In this document: piece by piece, positions 1 through 13,634 of the stretch
Layout of the letters: each line of letters starts with the position of its first letter
Position numbering within the stretch: the first letter of the stretch is position 1
Assembly (NCBI RefSeq): GCF_011386835.1
Contig: NC_088811.1
Span: 11,346,001-11,410,000 of the forward strand
Direction of reading: 5' to 3'
Source: Chrysemys picta bellii
Lineage: Eukaryota
Length of the DNA: 64,000 nt
Program-made: the position numbers and the translations under genes
Notes under the pieces: model-generated
What the model was told of the DNA's origin: nothing
Database searches by the model: none
Seen by the model: only the letters and a program-made list of their open reading frames with translations

Positions 1-1865
1 CAGACCCTTCACCCACTTCCCTGGGGCACTGACCTGATGATCCATGTATATCCATAATGATCCAGCACTTTCAGCACTGAGGTTACTGCAGTTATTTCTG
101 TAAACAGGACTTCAAATAACTTCCTGACAGTTGGTTTCAAAGCCAAGCAAATGTCAAATGTCATCTCTTCTCCTCCTGTCCCCCCACTTTCTAAAATCTC
201 CTTTGGTGGTAGCATCAACAATTGTAGGAAGGTTTCCAAAGGCAAAAATATAAGAAAAAAAGAGGCTTTTAAAAGTTTATTTATTTAGTATGCTTATTTT
301 TCTTCGGGGAATGGGAGGAAATACGATTCTCTACTGTCCTCTCCAAAAAACCCTCTGACTTTGCGCTCCAGGAATAAAGGTGTATGCAGCTTATTGACTA
401 TGCTTGAATTTTATAGAAGCATTTGTTAATACAGCTGTAATTACAGGTTTTATTAGTGATTTATTTATAAATTGTTTTTTTCAGGCATTTATTACTTGAG
501 GATAACAATTTATTTTGAGTTGAACTTGGGACTGCAATGTCTCATCCTCCTTTCTGAGATTAAAAAAAATACACCTTGTACCCTGTTTGTGTAATGTGTG
601 CGAGTGTATGTGTGTACATATATGTATGTATCTCTGTAGAGTCTGGCTATTTTAAGGCTTGTGTTTCTTTTAAAGTGTGTGTAGTGTTTTCTGGTGTTCG
701 TTTATTGCAAATGTATAATACTTAATATCAGCTTTGTTCTTTTAAGAGTGAAATTTTGGCAAGCTGTCCATCATGTTTTAACCAGAGCCAAAAAAATGTA
801 AGATGACAGACATATTTCATTTTGAAAGGTGGCTACTGCGCAGACGAAGTCGCTACTTTTCATAAGGGCTTTTACTACATATATCAATGTGTTTTAAGAG
901 AGACTTGGGTCAATAATACCATGCTTTAGAATTCCCTAAATACATATTTACACAATAGACCTTAAAATATATTAGTCTATCATGTCAGCTCCTGTACGCT
1001 GCTATCAGGGATGTTTTATGTCCTTAATGTATGATACAATAAAACTTTATTTTTTATAGCATTTTTCATACAAACTGTATCCTGGAATGCTTTGTGGAGT
1101 TAAAAAAAAAAAGTTACAAGGTTAACATTTAAAAAGCTGAAGGGGAGAAAAATTAAGAGGTATATGTGATGGAGAAGGTATTTTGAGATGAGATTCAAAA
1201 CTAGATGGGGAGTCCACAGAGCAGAGAGAGAGGAATATTGCAGAGGAGAAGGCTCTTAGACAGTGGTGAGGTTTTGTGAAGAGAGGGGGCTGGTTATACC
1301 TGAGCAGAGGGTGTGGAAAGATCAGGCCCCTATAGTCAGCTGGAACAAATGTGAAATGGCTCCTGAAACAAAGGAGCTGAGAATGGGGATGGGCAGGTGT
1401 TTGTGTGGTCTCATTTCTGTGGATATGAAAATAGTGAAAAAATAAGAGGAGGAAAAGTAAGTCAAGGGAGAAAGTGTCCCACAAAACAGGGCTAGATTAC
1501 AAGATTTTGATTCAAATCGGTGAGAATAGGATAGCAGTGAACGCCTGGGATTTTGCAACTTCTTTCTTTTAACTCATTCCATTGTGCTAAGGGAGTGCCA
1601 GGAGTTTCAGCTCAGTGGAGGATGTCTCCTGCCTTTGGTATTAACTAGGCACAGCAAGGTGAGATGAAGGCGCCTTAGCTTGGTTTTTTCTGGCTTTTAT
1701 TGATTTTTTTTCTGTCACCATCTTAATGTAAATTAAGCAGGGTTTTTTTGTGTGTGATAATTATAGATAAATGTATTTAAAGTAGATCTGGATTTTGTCG
1801 TCCTGGAGAAAAGGAGGAAGAGTAATTTTTCCCCCCATCCCTGTCATATGTTCATTTTAATTAGC

Positions 1866-2037
1866 NNNNNNNNNNNNNNNNNNNNNNNNNNNNNNNNNNN
1901 NNNNNNNNNNNNNNNNNNNNNNNNNNNNNNNNNNNNNNNNNNNNNNNNNNNNNNNNNNNNNNNNNNNNNNNNNNNNNNNNNNNNNNNNNNNNNNNNNNNN
2001 NNNNNNNNNNNNNNNNNNNNNNNNNNNNNNNNNNNNN
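1866..2037. other. N-run, 172 nt
   Basis: Counted directly. Confidence 0.99.
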
Positions 2038-3999
2038 GAACCCAGCCTCTCAGATCCTGCGCCTCCCCCAGGTCTCAGCTAGGGGGAGTACTGGCTCTGT
2101 GCTTACACAGCGTTTGCAGCTCTGTCTGTCCCAAGGTTATGCCTCTCGTGCCATCCTGGTGGTTTTACTCTGAATTGAATGGAAATCCACCCCCACCCTC
2201 CCATGCCCAACCTTTAATCTGGTTTCAGAGTGCCTTGCTCTTTCCAGTATTGTTGAATTCTAGGCAGTCTGTGGCATATCATATTTTTTACTTTTCACCT
2301 GGGTGTTGTCATCTTGGCATTCTTGAGTTAGATTTCATTCATAGAACTCTCTCTAGCCTGAGTTTCTGGATTCCTGAGACTTCTGATTTTAAATGTATTG
2401 ACCCTTCTTCCTCTTTCATTACTGTTTTGCTCTCTCAGTTCAGGATCCCTGATGTAGATCTCATGCCAAGCTTGTTTTTTTTCCTACCTTCATTCCTTCG
2501 GGTTCTGGATCGTGGGACTCTTGCTTTATATTTCATTCATTTTTTTCTCTCTCTATTTTGAGTGAGAGCTATAAAATTTGACTTCCTAGGACTGTAAAAT
2601 AAAGTTCATGTAGGTTTCTCTTGCCTGTTAACTTTTGGGAGCTGTCTTTTAATATGTGTTTGTGTAGCATGCAGCACAACAGGGCCTCGTCCTGGTTGGG
2701 GGCCAGAAAGAAAGCTCTGTGTACCAGGGAAATGTAAATTAGGAGCCTTAGAGCCATGTCTCTCTCATTAGCGACCTCCAGATACTCTGCTTAGAAAGAA
2801 CAAGTACTTTTTGTGATATATAAATTAGGGTTCCTGGGACCCTGAACCCTGAGTTAAGAAAAGGTGCGGTTTGAACTGGGAACTGGAAGCTTGGATTAGA
2901 GAGAGCTCTATGTGTGGTGTCCCAGGACCCTGACTCTAGAGAGCTCTGCCTGGAATCTCAAGGAACATTGCCTCTTTAGTGAGATATATGGCTTCATAAT
3001 TAGCCCCTTGCATTTTTTCATGAGTGCTAGCATCAGCGTTCTACAATGTGTTTCCCTGATTAACAGCTGCTTTGCAACTATTTCCTTGTGCCACCGATGA
3101 CCATATTTGTCAAGTTAGTCCTGACAGAGCACGGATTTCTTACTAAAATGCAGCATTTCTGTTTGAAGGGGTTCTCTTGTTGCTCACGGTGCCAGGCTTT
3201 TAAGTCAGCCCTTGTTACAATGTGAGCTGGCTTTAGCCTGACGCTTGTTAACAGGATTCTGGGTATCTCCTTTGGAGTAGGAGTACAGAAACCTTTCACA
3301 GACAATTTAATCTTCTGAGCTTTGCAAACGTGCAGCCTTTCACAGGGGGGTGGTGAGAGAGAGGGGGTATTGCAGTAGGCTATGTATTGATCAGTTCCAT
3401 TTGCCCTGTAGCCGTGGCCTTCTGCTCTGGCTAAAATAAGGTTAGCTTTTGTTAATACTGCCATATTATTTTTAATACACTTTAAAAAAATAATTCCCAA
3501 TACTTTTACATACGTCATATATATTGCCAGTGTTGATTGCCTTCCGCACATGTAATGTAAACTATCTGGGCATAGTTCATGGCCTGTGCCTCCGCTGCTT
3601 AATGAAAAGGAAGGTTGCATTTAAACGGACACAAAGCTGTTCAGAGACAGACCTCCCCTAACGATGTATAGTCTCAGACCCAACCTTTAGTTCTCAGGTC
3701 ATCCTGAAGTCTTGCTCTGTGAACAAATACTATTCAGAGGATCCCCAATATTAGGGGATCTAATACGTCTCACTCATTGCTCCCTCAGTGGCACTTTAGT
3801 CTGATTTCCATCTTCATCTCTTTTTTTCAAGTCCTGCATAGCTGTGATGAGTGTGTGGAATGATTTTTTGGAAGGGGGTGGGAAAGGGGTTGCTTGCCCC
3901 TGCATCATCTTCTGAACCATGTGTTTTATTTTTCACATGCCAGCAGCTGATAAAGCAGCTTGGGTTCCTTATGTAAAAACCATGTTGCTGTGAGCATAA

Positions 4000-4230
4000 T
4001 AGTAAAGAGGGCTGACTTCACCTTCCTCGCCAATACCAGAGGAGAGGGAGATTGGGGGTGTGGGTGAGGGACCTTGGACCAATGTCAAAGTGCAGTGCCT
4101 TAGCCTGGAATTTTCTCAGCTTGCTGCACTCCTGCAACATCTGCAGTAAAGTTCCTGTCTCCATGTTACATCTGTGACATTGAGGTGGAATATTTGCCTG
4201 AATGTATGTAATTTGGCTGGACACAAATAT
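4000..4230 (-). mobile_element. Decayed L1-clade LINE fragment (ORF2 C-terminal zinc knuckle)
   Basis: Minus ORF 4018-4224 contains CHRCNMETGTLLQMLQECSKL, resembling the L1 CCHC region CWRGCGEIGTLLHCWWDCKL (His replaced by Gln). Confidence 0.55.
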
Positions 4231-5079
4231 ATCCCATGGATAGCCACATTCATCTTCTAATTAGAAAATCAAATGATATCCCATGCAGCGTTCCCCCCCA
4301 CGGTATTTCTGATCAAAAGTGTGTCTGATCCCATTGCAGAAGAAGGGCTGATGGGGTAGCAGGTTTATGGTGTTAATTCACTTTTAACAACTGAATACAC
4401 TATTTTTCGTTAAGAAAAATAAAGGACAGAGATCTACTGGTTAAATGCGGTCTGCTGGCCACTGTGTGCTGGCAGTCTGAGAATCTGAGTTGGTAATATG
4501 ATGATTCACACTACTTGGCAATGTCGTAATATTAGAAAATTTTGGTCAAGTGTTACAAATGTTACATAAATAGTATGGAACAATATGTTTCCAGCTGAGT
4601 CAGAATTCTATTTGCTGTATGGGTTTTCATCTATACATGGGTCTGCAAAGTTTTTTATTTTATTTTATTTTATTTTTAATGGACTGCAATTGTTCTTGTT
4701 CGTTCAAATAGAATGATCCTTAGAAAGTAGGAAAGCTCTCTTGTCCCTTCTTGTAAAAAAATGGCATGTTATCATGGCCAGAATTGTTTCATATGAACAT
4801 TTTATGCACAAGATAAATGAGGAAAATGAAGGAGATTCAGGTGAGGAAGAATACATCTCTTCTCTAAAGGCAAGCACAAACTTCCAAACTAGAGAAACAT
4901 AGGCTCAGGAGGCATTTTGGAGATGGGATGTAATATTATTTTTAATAAATGTTTTTGTTGAAATGTTTACATTTTGCAAAACAAAAATATCTCCCAATAA
5001 ATGGCTGCAATCAATATAACATTAAAAATGGATATACCTAAGAAAATAACAGAAGGGAAAATGTTTCATTTTAGATTAC

Positions 5080-6100
5080 ATTTTTTTTAATATAAACTGA
5101 TAATATTAATGTATGAATCCGAGCGCTTGCAACATTCTGGTTCCGACAAGTCCTTTGTGTCTGTTTTACAAGCTCACTAGAAGCGGGAGGGGAGTGTGGA
5201 AGAGTTCCCAAAGAAACAAGTAATTAACATAAGAAGGAAAGTGGTTTTGATATGTTCGCACATCTAGGTGTCTGCTTATTTGGGCATTTTTCTTATTCAG
5301 CACATTATCCTAAAGTTATTAGTTTGGGTGCTTTATATTTCTGCATTGGGCGTAGTGATATCAGAGCAATTTAAATGCGTGATTTGCCTGTCGCCAGCAT
5401 TTCCAAGGGAGAGATCAAGCGGCACATAAACGAGACCAAAATGTACTTTATGTGGGGTGTTCTGCTCTATTATTTTATGACTTGAAATTATTGAATGTAA
5501 ACTAAAAAAATCCAACTGTTCCCCTCCCCCCTAACTTTGAAGTGTGCCGGGACTTTGTCAAATTCCCGTTAAAATAAAGATGTCAATTTCATCTCCCTTC
5601 CAAATTCATTTATCATGCTTTTTTAAAAGGTGTTTTCTGCTTTACCTGATGTTTAAATTGGATTCGCTCGTTTATGCTGTTCTTTGCTGTATCCCCCACG
5701 TTTTTCTTAAATGAATTAGTAATGACAGCGTACTCCATCATACCCTCTCTACAGCCACNNNNNNNNNNNNNNNNNNNNNNNNNNNNNNNNNNNNNNNNNN
5801 NNNNNNNNNNNNNNNNNNNNNNNNNNNNNNNNNNNNNNNNNNNNNNNNNNNNNNNNNNNNNNNNNNNNNNNNNNNNNNNNNNNNNNNNNNNNNNNNNNNN
5901 NNNNNNNNNNNNNNNNNNNNNNNNNNNNNNNNNNNNNNNNNNNNNNGCCTACACTAGCCTGATTAATGTATTTAAAGAAATAAGAGATGCAATTTAAAAA
6001 AAAAAAACACATTGATGGAATGCACTGAGGAGTACATTGAAAGTGCCATTAAACCCATCAGAACTTTGCTCTCTGACCAGAAATGCATATTCCAAGGGCT
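5080..6100. promoter_or_regulatory. Candidate CNE in intron 2 (contains an N-run)
   Basis: About 1 kb repeat-free block with retained CpGs and TAAT/TGACAG motifs, 1.4-2.4 kb upstream of exon 3. Confidence 0.5.
5759..5946. other. N-run, 188 nt
   Basis: Counted directly. Confidence 0.99.
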
Positions 6101-6514
6101 GGATTCAAAACCAAGGTGAAACTTTGTTCATTTCAATAGTGATGCTAGATTTTTTTTTTCTGTCATGAAAATTTTTTAAAACAACTTTAGATCTTAACTC
6201 TAAAAGCTGCATTGTAGCTTGCACTTCTTGCAAATCCTCTTTCTCCTTCTCTTGCACTCAGTACAGCTTATAGGGAATGCAGATGCCACCATTTGGGGTG
6301 AAAACCACACTCTTCTTCTTCCTTGTATATGGAAGACCAGTTTCATCTAAGTACAGAGAGGGAGCAATCTCTCACCTCAATATGGATATGTCTGTCTTCT
6401 AAGTCAACTTCAAGCACGTTATCCCCTTCTGTGCCACATCCAGAGCAGATGTCTTTTATAGAGGGAGATCAGATGGTTTTCCACAGTGCTGCAGGATGTA
6501 CCGTGTATGTGACC

Positions 6515-6800
6515 GGATGGCCGAGGGGATTAATATTGGAATATGGAGCTTTTCTCTTAGTCCTGTGTGGTATGACCCATAGTAGTCACAATGTGGTGAC
6601 TGCTCAGCAGACTGTGTGAAATGAGTCGGTGGGCCTCAGCTCTGTGCACTGCATCAAAAGCACTATCACAACTGGTGCAAAATTGGCCTCCTTCTAGATA
6701 ATATCAGCAGAGAGACAAAGGATTGAATGGGCTATGGAGAGTCAACGCCCTTCATATCCTTAATGGTGATTCCTCCAGAACAGAACTGAGGGACATAGGC
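6515..6800 (+). mobile_element. LF-SINE remnant
   Basis: tgtgtgaaatgagtcggtgggcctcag...cactatcacaactgg...aattggc...cagcagagagacaaaggattgaatgggctatggagag matches the recalled LF-SINE body. Confidence 0.7.
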
Positions 6801-7482
6801 AGGGGGTTGTGTGGAGATTTGCCCTGTTATATACACTCCGTACATAGAGAGGAATCCAGCACCTTTCACTGGCACTTTAAGGGACTGCAATCATTGTGTG
6901 GGTGCAAAAAGTGTCATCCCAGTCCTTACACTCTCTGGAAATATGGACCTTTAAGTCCTAAGTCACCTAAAGATTCATCTTCTAGAGCATCATGAAGTCA
7001 AAGTTCTTAAACCAAAGCTGTATATAGTTTCTATCACAGCAGAGCATAAATATAACCATTTATCTGCCCAGTTGGGTCACTTGGAAAATAAAACTTAATC
7101 TTTGTCTTTGGTAGGTTAGTGTGATCCAAGGCAAGGAAAATAACCTCTCACCTTCTAATAACAGGATCAGGTATCCTAATGGAGTTTGTTTCATACTGAG
7201 CAGTGTTTCAGCTTGGTCAAAGATGTTCAAGGAGAAACTTCTCTAAGTCAAATTATTAATGCTGTACTATCTGATTAGAGATGAGCCTGAGCCACAAATT
7301 TTGATCTGGATCCAAAGATTCCCCAAAGTCAGATCTGGGGTCTGGTCCAGTCCGTCAACATCTGATGCTGGATTTGATGCCTTGATGTTGTAGTTCAGAA
7401 TTTATTTAGAATCAGAATATTGAATGTTCTTAACTCAGAGCTTTTCACTCTTCTGTTTCTCCAATCTTCTCACCCTAATCAG

Positions 7483-7567
7483 ATCACAACAGCAGTGAAG
7501 TTTCTACAGAACTCCCGGGTCCGCCAAAGTCCGCTCGCAACCAGAAGAGCTTTTCTCAAGAAAAAAG
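7483..7567 (+). CDS. PEX14: PEX14 coding exon (human exon 3 equivalent), N-terminal Pex5/Pex19-binding domain: [29 protein letters not shown]
   Basis: Peptide matches the PEX14 N-terminal domain. Pyrimidine tract + AG at 7481-7482, donor G|gtacag, 85 nt as in human exon 3. Confidence 0.97.
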
Positions 7568-9077
7568 GTACAGATTCATCAGTCTCATTCTCTGTTAGTA
7601 TTTATGAGGGGGCTTGGGAGTGGGATGTAGGCCAGGAGTTATTGCTCTGGAAAATTAGGTATTTAGGGAAAAAAGATCTCTTGTCCCAGGAAATTTTTAG
7701 TGTGGGGTCAAGTCAGCTCCGTTTTCCTCCCTGCAAGTCAGAGGTAATATTGGCACTAGACAAGGCATTGTAGAATGAGTTATGGGAATTTTGGGGTTAA
7801 CTACCAGTAGAGCTCTTCAGAAGAAAGGACAGTTTAGAGTTACAGGCTAGATGGTCAATTCTAACTCCTTAATGACATTGCCTTTAAATGACCAGCCGTA
7901 GTTAAAAGGTCAACTGCTTCAGAAGAGAGCCGGAGAGAGGAATGAAGGAAGAGGGACATGGTAAGAGTAAACAAGGTCAGGTTAAGGTCAAGCTTGGGGT
8001 CAGCCTGACTTTCAGCCTGAAATGGCAGATTACTGACCGTGCATGGCCCTTTCTATAGCAGGGGCAGGATGGATCCTGACAAATCCAATATCGTCTCAAG
8101 CCAATGGAACCTGCATTGGCCACAGGCTGATAATAGTTTTCCCTTCTGTTTATAAAGGAACTGACTTTGTTTTTTCCTTTTATGTTCTGAAGTTTTAAGA
8201 CAACAATTTAGGAATTTACTAGCACATTTCAGGTGAAGTTTATTCCAGTGCAGATTGCCCAACCAAGAACCCTCCACATCACTTAAGTCCTTAGCATGGG
8301 ATTTACATGATAAAGAGGCTCATGCCCTGGAGTGAATTTCATGCTTTACAGAGTTAGAAAAGGTAGTTTAAGTGCTGGGGGGGAGGAAGGGGTGTGTGTA
8401 AGTGCAAACTCCAAAATTATGGGGGATGGGGACCCATTTTTACATTAGTGTTGTGATTTATTACAGTATAATTTGAATTCTTCAGCCAAAGACCTTGAGC
8501 TTTGGAAAGTAAGAAATCCCAGGGCTATATTAGCCAGGTTGGAGATATGAATTGTTTAGTGAAATCCATGAGACTTGATGGCATGAGATAATCTACTTAC
8601 AGGGACCCCTGCTCACCTTGGGGCAGAAAGCACTAAGGATGGAATGGCAGGAGTTGTGATCTAACAGCTTAGCCACAAACTGTACTCTGCAGGTACATCG
8701 TTTGGAATAGGGTCCTTTCCCCGCTGGCCCTAGTGTCAGTTACAAAGCAGCCCAGCAAGGTGGTGCAACTCTGCTAGGTGTGTTGTTTGTCCTGCTCTGC
8801 CATCAGGATGGCACTGGATTTGCCAGTATTGCAAAATTTGGAGCTTGTTGGCCACTCTCCTCTGTGAGTTTTTCCTTGAAATATGTGGACCTACGGGGAG
8901 CAATTAATCATAAAAGCTTGGGGATTTCAACTCTATCATCGAAGCAATGAAGCAGGGGAAAGCTGAGCCTAAAAGCTGTGCTGATTACCCGGGGTAACCT
9001 GATACAAAATCTATTGTTGCCGAGAGATTCTTAGCCCCCAGTATATCGTGCAATATTATAACCGCCTGATCTTCTCC

Positions 9078-9290
9078 TCTGCTGACAATGACCAGTTATT
9101 CCTCATTTTCTCTCTCAACGTAGCTGGGTTAGAATTTCATTTGCAGAAGGTATTTAGAGCAATTTAGAGACAAATGTCTCTGGTGTTTGCTCTGCACTTC
9201 CCCACCGCAGGCTTCGCTGAGCAGTTTTTAGTATCAGGAGCTCCATCTAATCTGTTTAATTTTAATAAATCCCTGACTGGGAGAAGAGGA
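9078..9290. promoter_or_regulatory. Probable orthologue of ultraconserved element uc.1 (PEX14 intron 3)
   Basis: GACAATGACCAGTTATTCCTCATTTTCTCTCTCAACGTAGCTGGG resembles my recollection of the start of uc.1. Its position about 1.5 kb after exon 3 also fits. Repeat-free, CpGs retained. Not aligned. Confidence 0.7.
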
Positions 9291-9889
9291 GGGGTGGGGA
9301 GAAGGAGGCAGAGAGACACTGTGGCCCGACTAATACTTCTTGTGAATTACTTGGCTAATAATTACCGAAGAGGAGAAACTGTTTGGTAGAACTGTTTGTT
9401 CCTGTTTGTTAATTCCCTCCCTCCCCTTTGCGCTAATTGCTCATATGGAAACTTAACTGTAGGAGAAAGTCCAGCAATGCCTGCACCCAGGAGTCATTGG
9501 GAACTTGATCATATGGGATCTGCCCACTTGATCATATTATGTTACCTTTGCTCAATGCTCCATAGCAAAGAGGCGCACATGTACATCATGCCAGTTGTGC
9601 CCTGAGGGGCAGGAAAAATTCTTTCCTAACCCTAGATGTGACTAGTTCAACCCTGGGCATATGAAGGAGAATTAACATGGCTGAGTATTCAGTTCCATTT
9701 ACACCCTGAGACCTACCCATTGGTATTCTAAGTAACTATCCAGTGTTTTTCCTGAATTCTAGTAAAGCGTATTCTACCAGGAATTCCTGGAGTGGAAACT
9801 TATCCTCTGAGGAAAAAATCTTGTCCATGTATTCATTAGTAATTACTGTGCAAGTCTGCAGCATGTTTCATCAAGGATCTCGTGACTTT

Positions 9890-9985
9890 GCGAATCATAG
9901 AGATTAAGGCCAGGAAGAACCACCAGATATCTTGTTGGCCTTCCTGTATATCACAGGCCACTGACACCACTCAGCACCAGTCCCA
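9890..9985 (-). mobile_element. CR1 3'-end fragment
   Basis: gaatcatagagattaaggccaggaagaaccaccagatatc...tcctgtatatcacaggcca. Confidence 0.6.
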
Positions 9986-10124
9986 GAGCCTAGGCTTCAT
10001 CCCACAACCAAACATCTACAGTGCAATTTTATAGCTCTGCACCTGAGCCCCGTGAGCCCTAGTCAGCCGACACACGGGCCAGCCATGGGTGGTTTATTGC
10101 AGTGTATACATACCCTGAGAGGGT
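9985..10124. mobile_element. Harbinger-like MITE fragment, followed by a minus-strand MIR-like piece (10125-10235)
   Basis: Right end gcagtgtatacataccc resembles the GGGTATGTCTACACT TIR. Confidence 0.45.
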
Positions 10125-11419
10125 TAAGCTGCCTGACCCAAGGGCACACAGCAAGGCAGTGACAGAGTTAAGAATAGAACCCAGGAGTCCTGACTAGCAG
10201 TCCCCTGTTCAAACCCCTAGACAACACTCCTTCCTTATATCATATATTATATCATATATCATAGCATATCTATCATACCATATCCTAAACATTTCTACCA
10301 ACCCCTATGTTAAAAATAACTTTGTACATATCTCCGTAGGAAATAATACAGAGGCATCATTTCCTGGGAGGATTTTGCAGTTGGTCTGGTTGTAGTTTCT
10401 TCCAGCAGATTTTGCTGCAGAGAGTGGGGCAGGACCACTGGCTTTCTGAGAGCTGTAAGGAGAGAGATTGATACCCTGGCTGTGGGGGAGCTCTCGGCTA
10501 CCCTAGTTGCAATCTGTTCCAGTACGAGTGGATGTAGGGAATGTAGGGGTACAAGCACTGGCAGCAGGGGTACTCCCAGGTACTGCAGTCTCAGTTTTGC
10601 TTAGGAAATTTCACATCTGGGACTTGCAGTGAAACAATGCCTTGAATTATAATCTTGACTTTTTTTAAATAAACATCTCTTTCGTGAAAAGGCAAATCCA
10701 ATTTTATTTTTTTAAACATTATTTAATATAGAAATTGTGGTCCCAGAGGTGCACGTCAGTTCAGTGGGAAATGAAGGTTACTTTAGAATTATCAGCTGGG
10801 TTGGGTTTGTTTTCGTGTGAAACAGCAGCTGGGTGGTAGTGGAGGGAGGCTGCCCCTATTTCTGTCCAGTTAAGAGGTTGGGGGTCATATATTACAGCCC
10901 TGGGATAATAAGCCTGATGAAGATGGAGAGAGTGAGGAAAGTGTCCTGGATTTAAGGTCCTTCAAAAGTTCAATGAGATTTCTGCGTAGTCTTGAACACT
11001 TTAAAACTTTCTGAATACAGAGACATTAATGAGAAACATGAAGTTATTAGAATCATTTATCATTTTCTTTGAAGCTTACACTGGCATTTTGTGTAATTTA
11101 TGACATTTCCTCCTTTTTTTTTTTGTGAACTTCTTCAGATGAAGGGGAAAAGCAGCTGTTTTCCTTCAGAGTATCTGAAAGAAAAAAAAAAAAGATGCTG
11201 TTTGTTTTTTGTCCAAGTAGCTGATTTTGCTGATGATACACCACAGAGAATCAGTGGCGCCTGGGGAGTAATTAGACAGCATGTGGGGTTTGAACCCTGG
11301 TGGAAATGTGTCTGTTGTTGAGCTGTTGTGGCTCAGATGTCCTGTAATGCTCAACTACCCATCCAGTAGCTCATGCGGGTTAAAATTGTGTGTTTTGAAT
11401 CTATAATATGTGACTGCAA

Positions 11420-11660
11420 AGGGAGGATGGTCCAGTGGTTAGGGTGCTAGGCTATGGCTTGGGAGCCTCTGTCCAAATCCCTGCTCAGTCATAGACTTCC
11501 TGTGTGACCGTGGGCAAGTTACTTAGCCTCTGTTCCCCATTTGTGAAATGGAGATCATAACACTGCCCGACTTCACAGGAGTAAGGAGAATAAATTCATT
11601 CAAGATTGTGAGGTGCTTAGGTACTACAGTGCTGGAGGTCTTATAAGTACCTTAGATAGA
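11420..11660 (+). mobile_element. MIR-like CORE-SINE
   Basis: tRNA-like head gtccagtggttagggtgct and core tgtgtgaccgtgggcaagttacttagcctct...catttgtgaaatgg. Confidence 0.8.
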
Positions 11661-13634
11661 CTATGGTCGCTGTTGAATCACATTGGGGAAGAGTAAATCC
11701 AGAAATTTGCAGGGTCAGAAACTCTCTTTAGAACACTTAATACCTTGATTGGTGCTTTGTATGTTCATATACACCTGCTTCCCAACCGAGTCAAACTTCT
11801 GTTTGATGAGATGCGCAGGAGGTCAGTGGGAAGCTTTGCCCTTAACATGTTGGGTCTATTAATCTGTTTCATTACCTCAGCTTGTAGAAAGCAAGTTAAT
11901 ACAGAAGTTTTTCCACGGCTCTGTTGCCTGTGGGTCCCACACAGCTTTTGCAGTGCAGTTCAAGTAAAGAGTATGACAGAAGTGGGAGGTTGTTGTCAGA
12001 CTGGAGGATAGAAGGCAGCTGGAGATGAGGGCTCCTAAGCCACTGATAAAGAGGCAGTGCATGAATTTTGGAGTTTTAAGTGCCCCACCCCACAAAACGA
12101 CCAAAGGTATTTACTCCTCAGGAAACAAAAGTATTGAATCCAGGAATCTGCTGTAGAAAATCAGCTCCCTTCTCTTCCTCCTTTTAATCAACTGCATTCC
12201 TGGAAGTTGAACCCCCACCATAAACAGCCTCTTTGCTGAAGACAAACCGCTGCAGAAAACCCTGGTGGATCACCTTGAGGATGGGAGAGGAGGGGCTACA
12301 GCCTGCAGTTGGAGAGTTTTAAGGAGAGTAAATTCTTCTGCAGATTTCAATTTAACTCTCTTTTATTACTTTCCTTTTTTATAATTTAAGTCCATTTCAT
12401 GAGGCAGTTTGCATGTCCTTGAATGGAATCTTGTTACCATGAAAGCTTTTTTAGCATTGATTTCATAAGTCTTAATTTAATAGCTCCATCATTACTGAGA
12501 AGCCCTGAGAGTGAGGCCCTAGCTTTCCAGGTCACTGACCTTTTAATTACAAACCTTGTTCTGATGGTCAGGTTATCGACTGGACAGCTCCCAGCTTCTG
12601 CCCCCAGGATGAAAGTGAAAATAACCGCCTTTCCTCCCCCACCTCCAGAAAAGGGAGGAAAAGAAAAGTAACCTCTTGTGTTTCTAAAATTAATTTTCTC
12701 CTTCAGCTTTACTTTGTAATTAATTCTTTAACATGTCTCAGTGAAGCTTGAACAGTTTTTACAAAGCTTTTCCTTGAGCACAAAATGCAGTGCAAGTCAA
12801 CGGAGTCCAGTGACAGCTTATCCAAAAAGATCCAGTTAGTAATGTGCTGCCAAGACCCACCCATCCCAGGAGGATTGTGGAGGACCTCTCCTCCAGCTTC
12901 TGAAGACACACTTAGTTTGACTCAGGGATGTGTAGAGGGGTCGTAGATCCAGACTAGTCTAGTCATTCTCTCTTGACTTAGCAGGATATGGATTTAGGAG
13001 GAGAGGAGCAAGAAATGGAGCTAAGGCATTAAGAGACAGATTTTCAGCCAGCCTTTGTTTTTTGTGTGCCTACTTCTGTGCATGCAACTGATTGTGCTAG
13101 TGGTTGCTTATCCCTTATTGCACATGCAGATTGTATAACTGGCTGTCCAGCTGTCTAAATGGTGTGTGCAAATGACTGTACAGACCCCATGAGTAGCATG
13201 GACAACAAAAAAGGGATGGAAAACTAGAGGCCAGAGCTGAAAATGTGGCTGTTAGTAACTTCAGTTTGTTTTGCAATTACATGAGAATTCTCACTATATT
13301 ATGCATGCAATTCAACCGGAGCCAACAGCCTCAGACCAGAGTAAGAGAAAAGAGCTGAATGGAATGGCCCAAACCAGGGAGGATGCTTACTCCAGACAGT
13401 GATTCAGAAGTTTGGAACAGCCGCTCAGATATGATAAAAACCTTTGTAGACAGATAAAACGAGAGTGCTGAAGAGAGGTTGGATGGCACTTTCCCATGGA
13501 AACAGAGTATTTGCAAAGTAAATAATTGTCTACATTTCTGTAGTGCATTTCATTTGAGGCTCTTGGAGCACATTACACCCATCAGCTGATTCAGACTCTC
13601 ATCATCCTCTTAAGAGGTATAAAAGGGTTATGAT

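Noticed and set aside
1-7482. PEX14 exons 1-2 and promoter
   Set aside because: No matching peptide or CpG island is seen; they lie upstream of the window.
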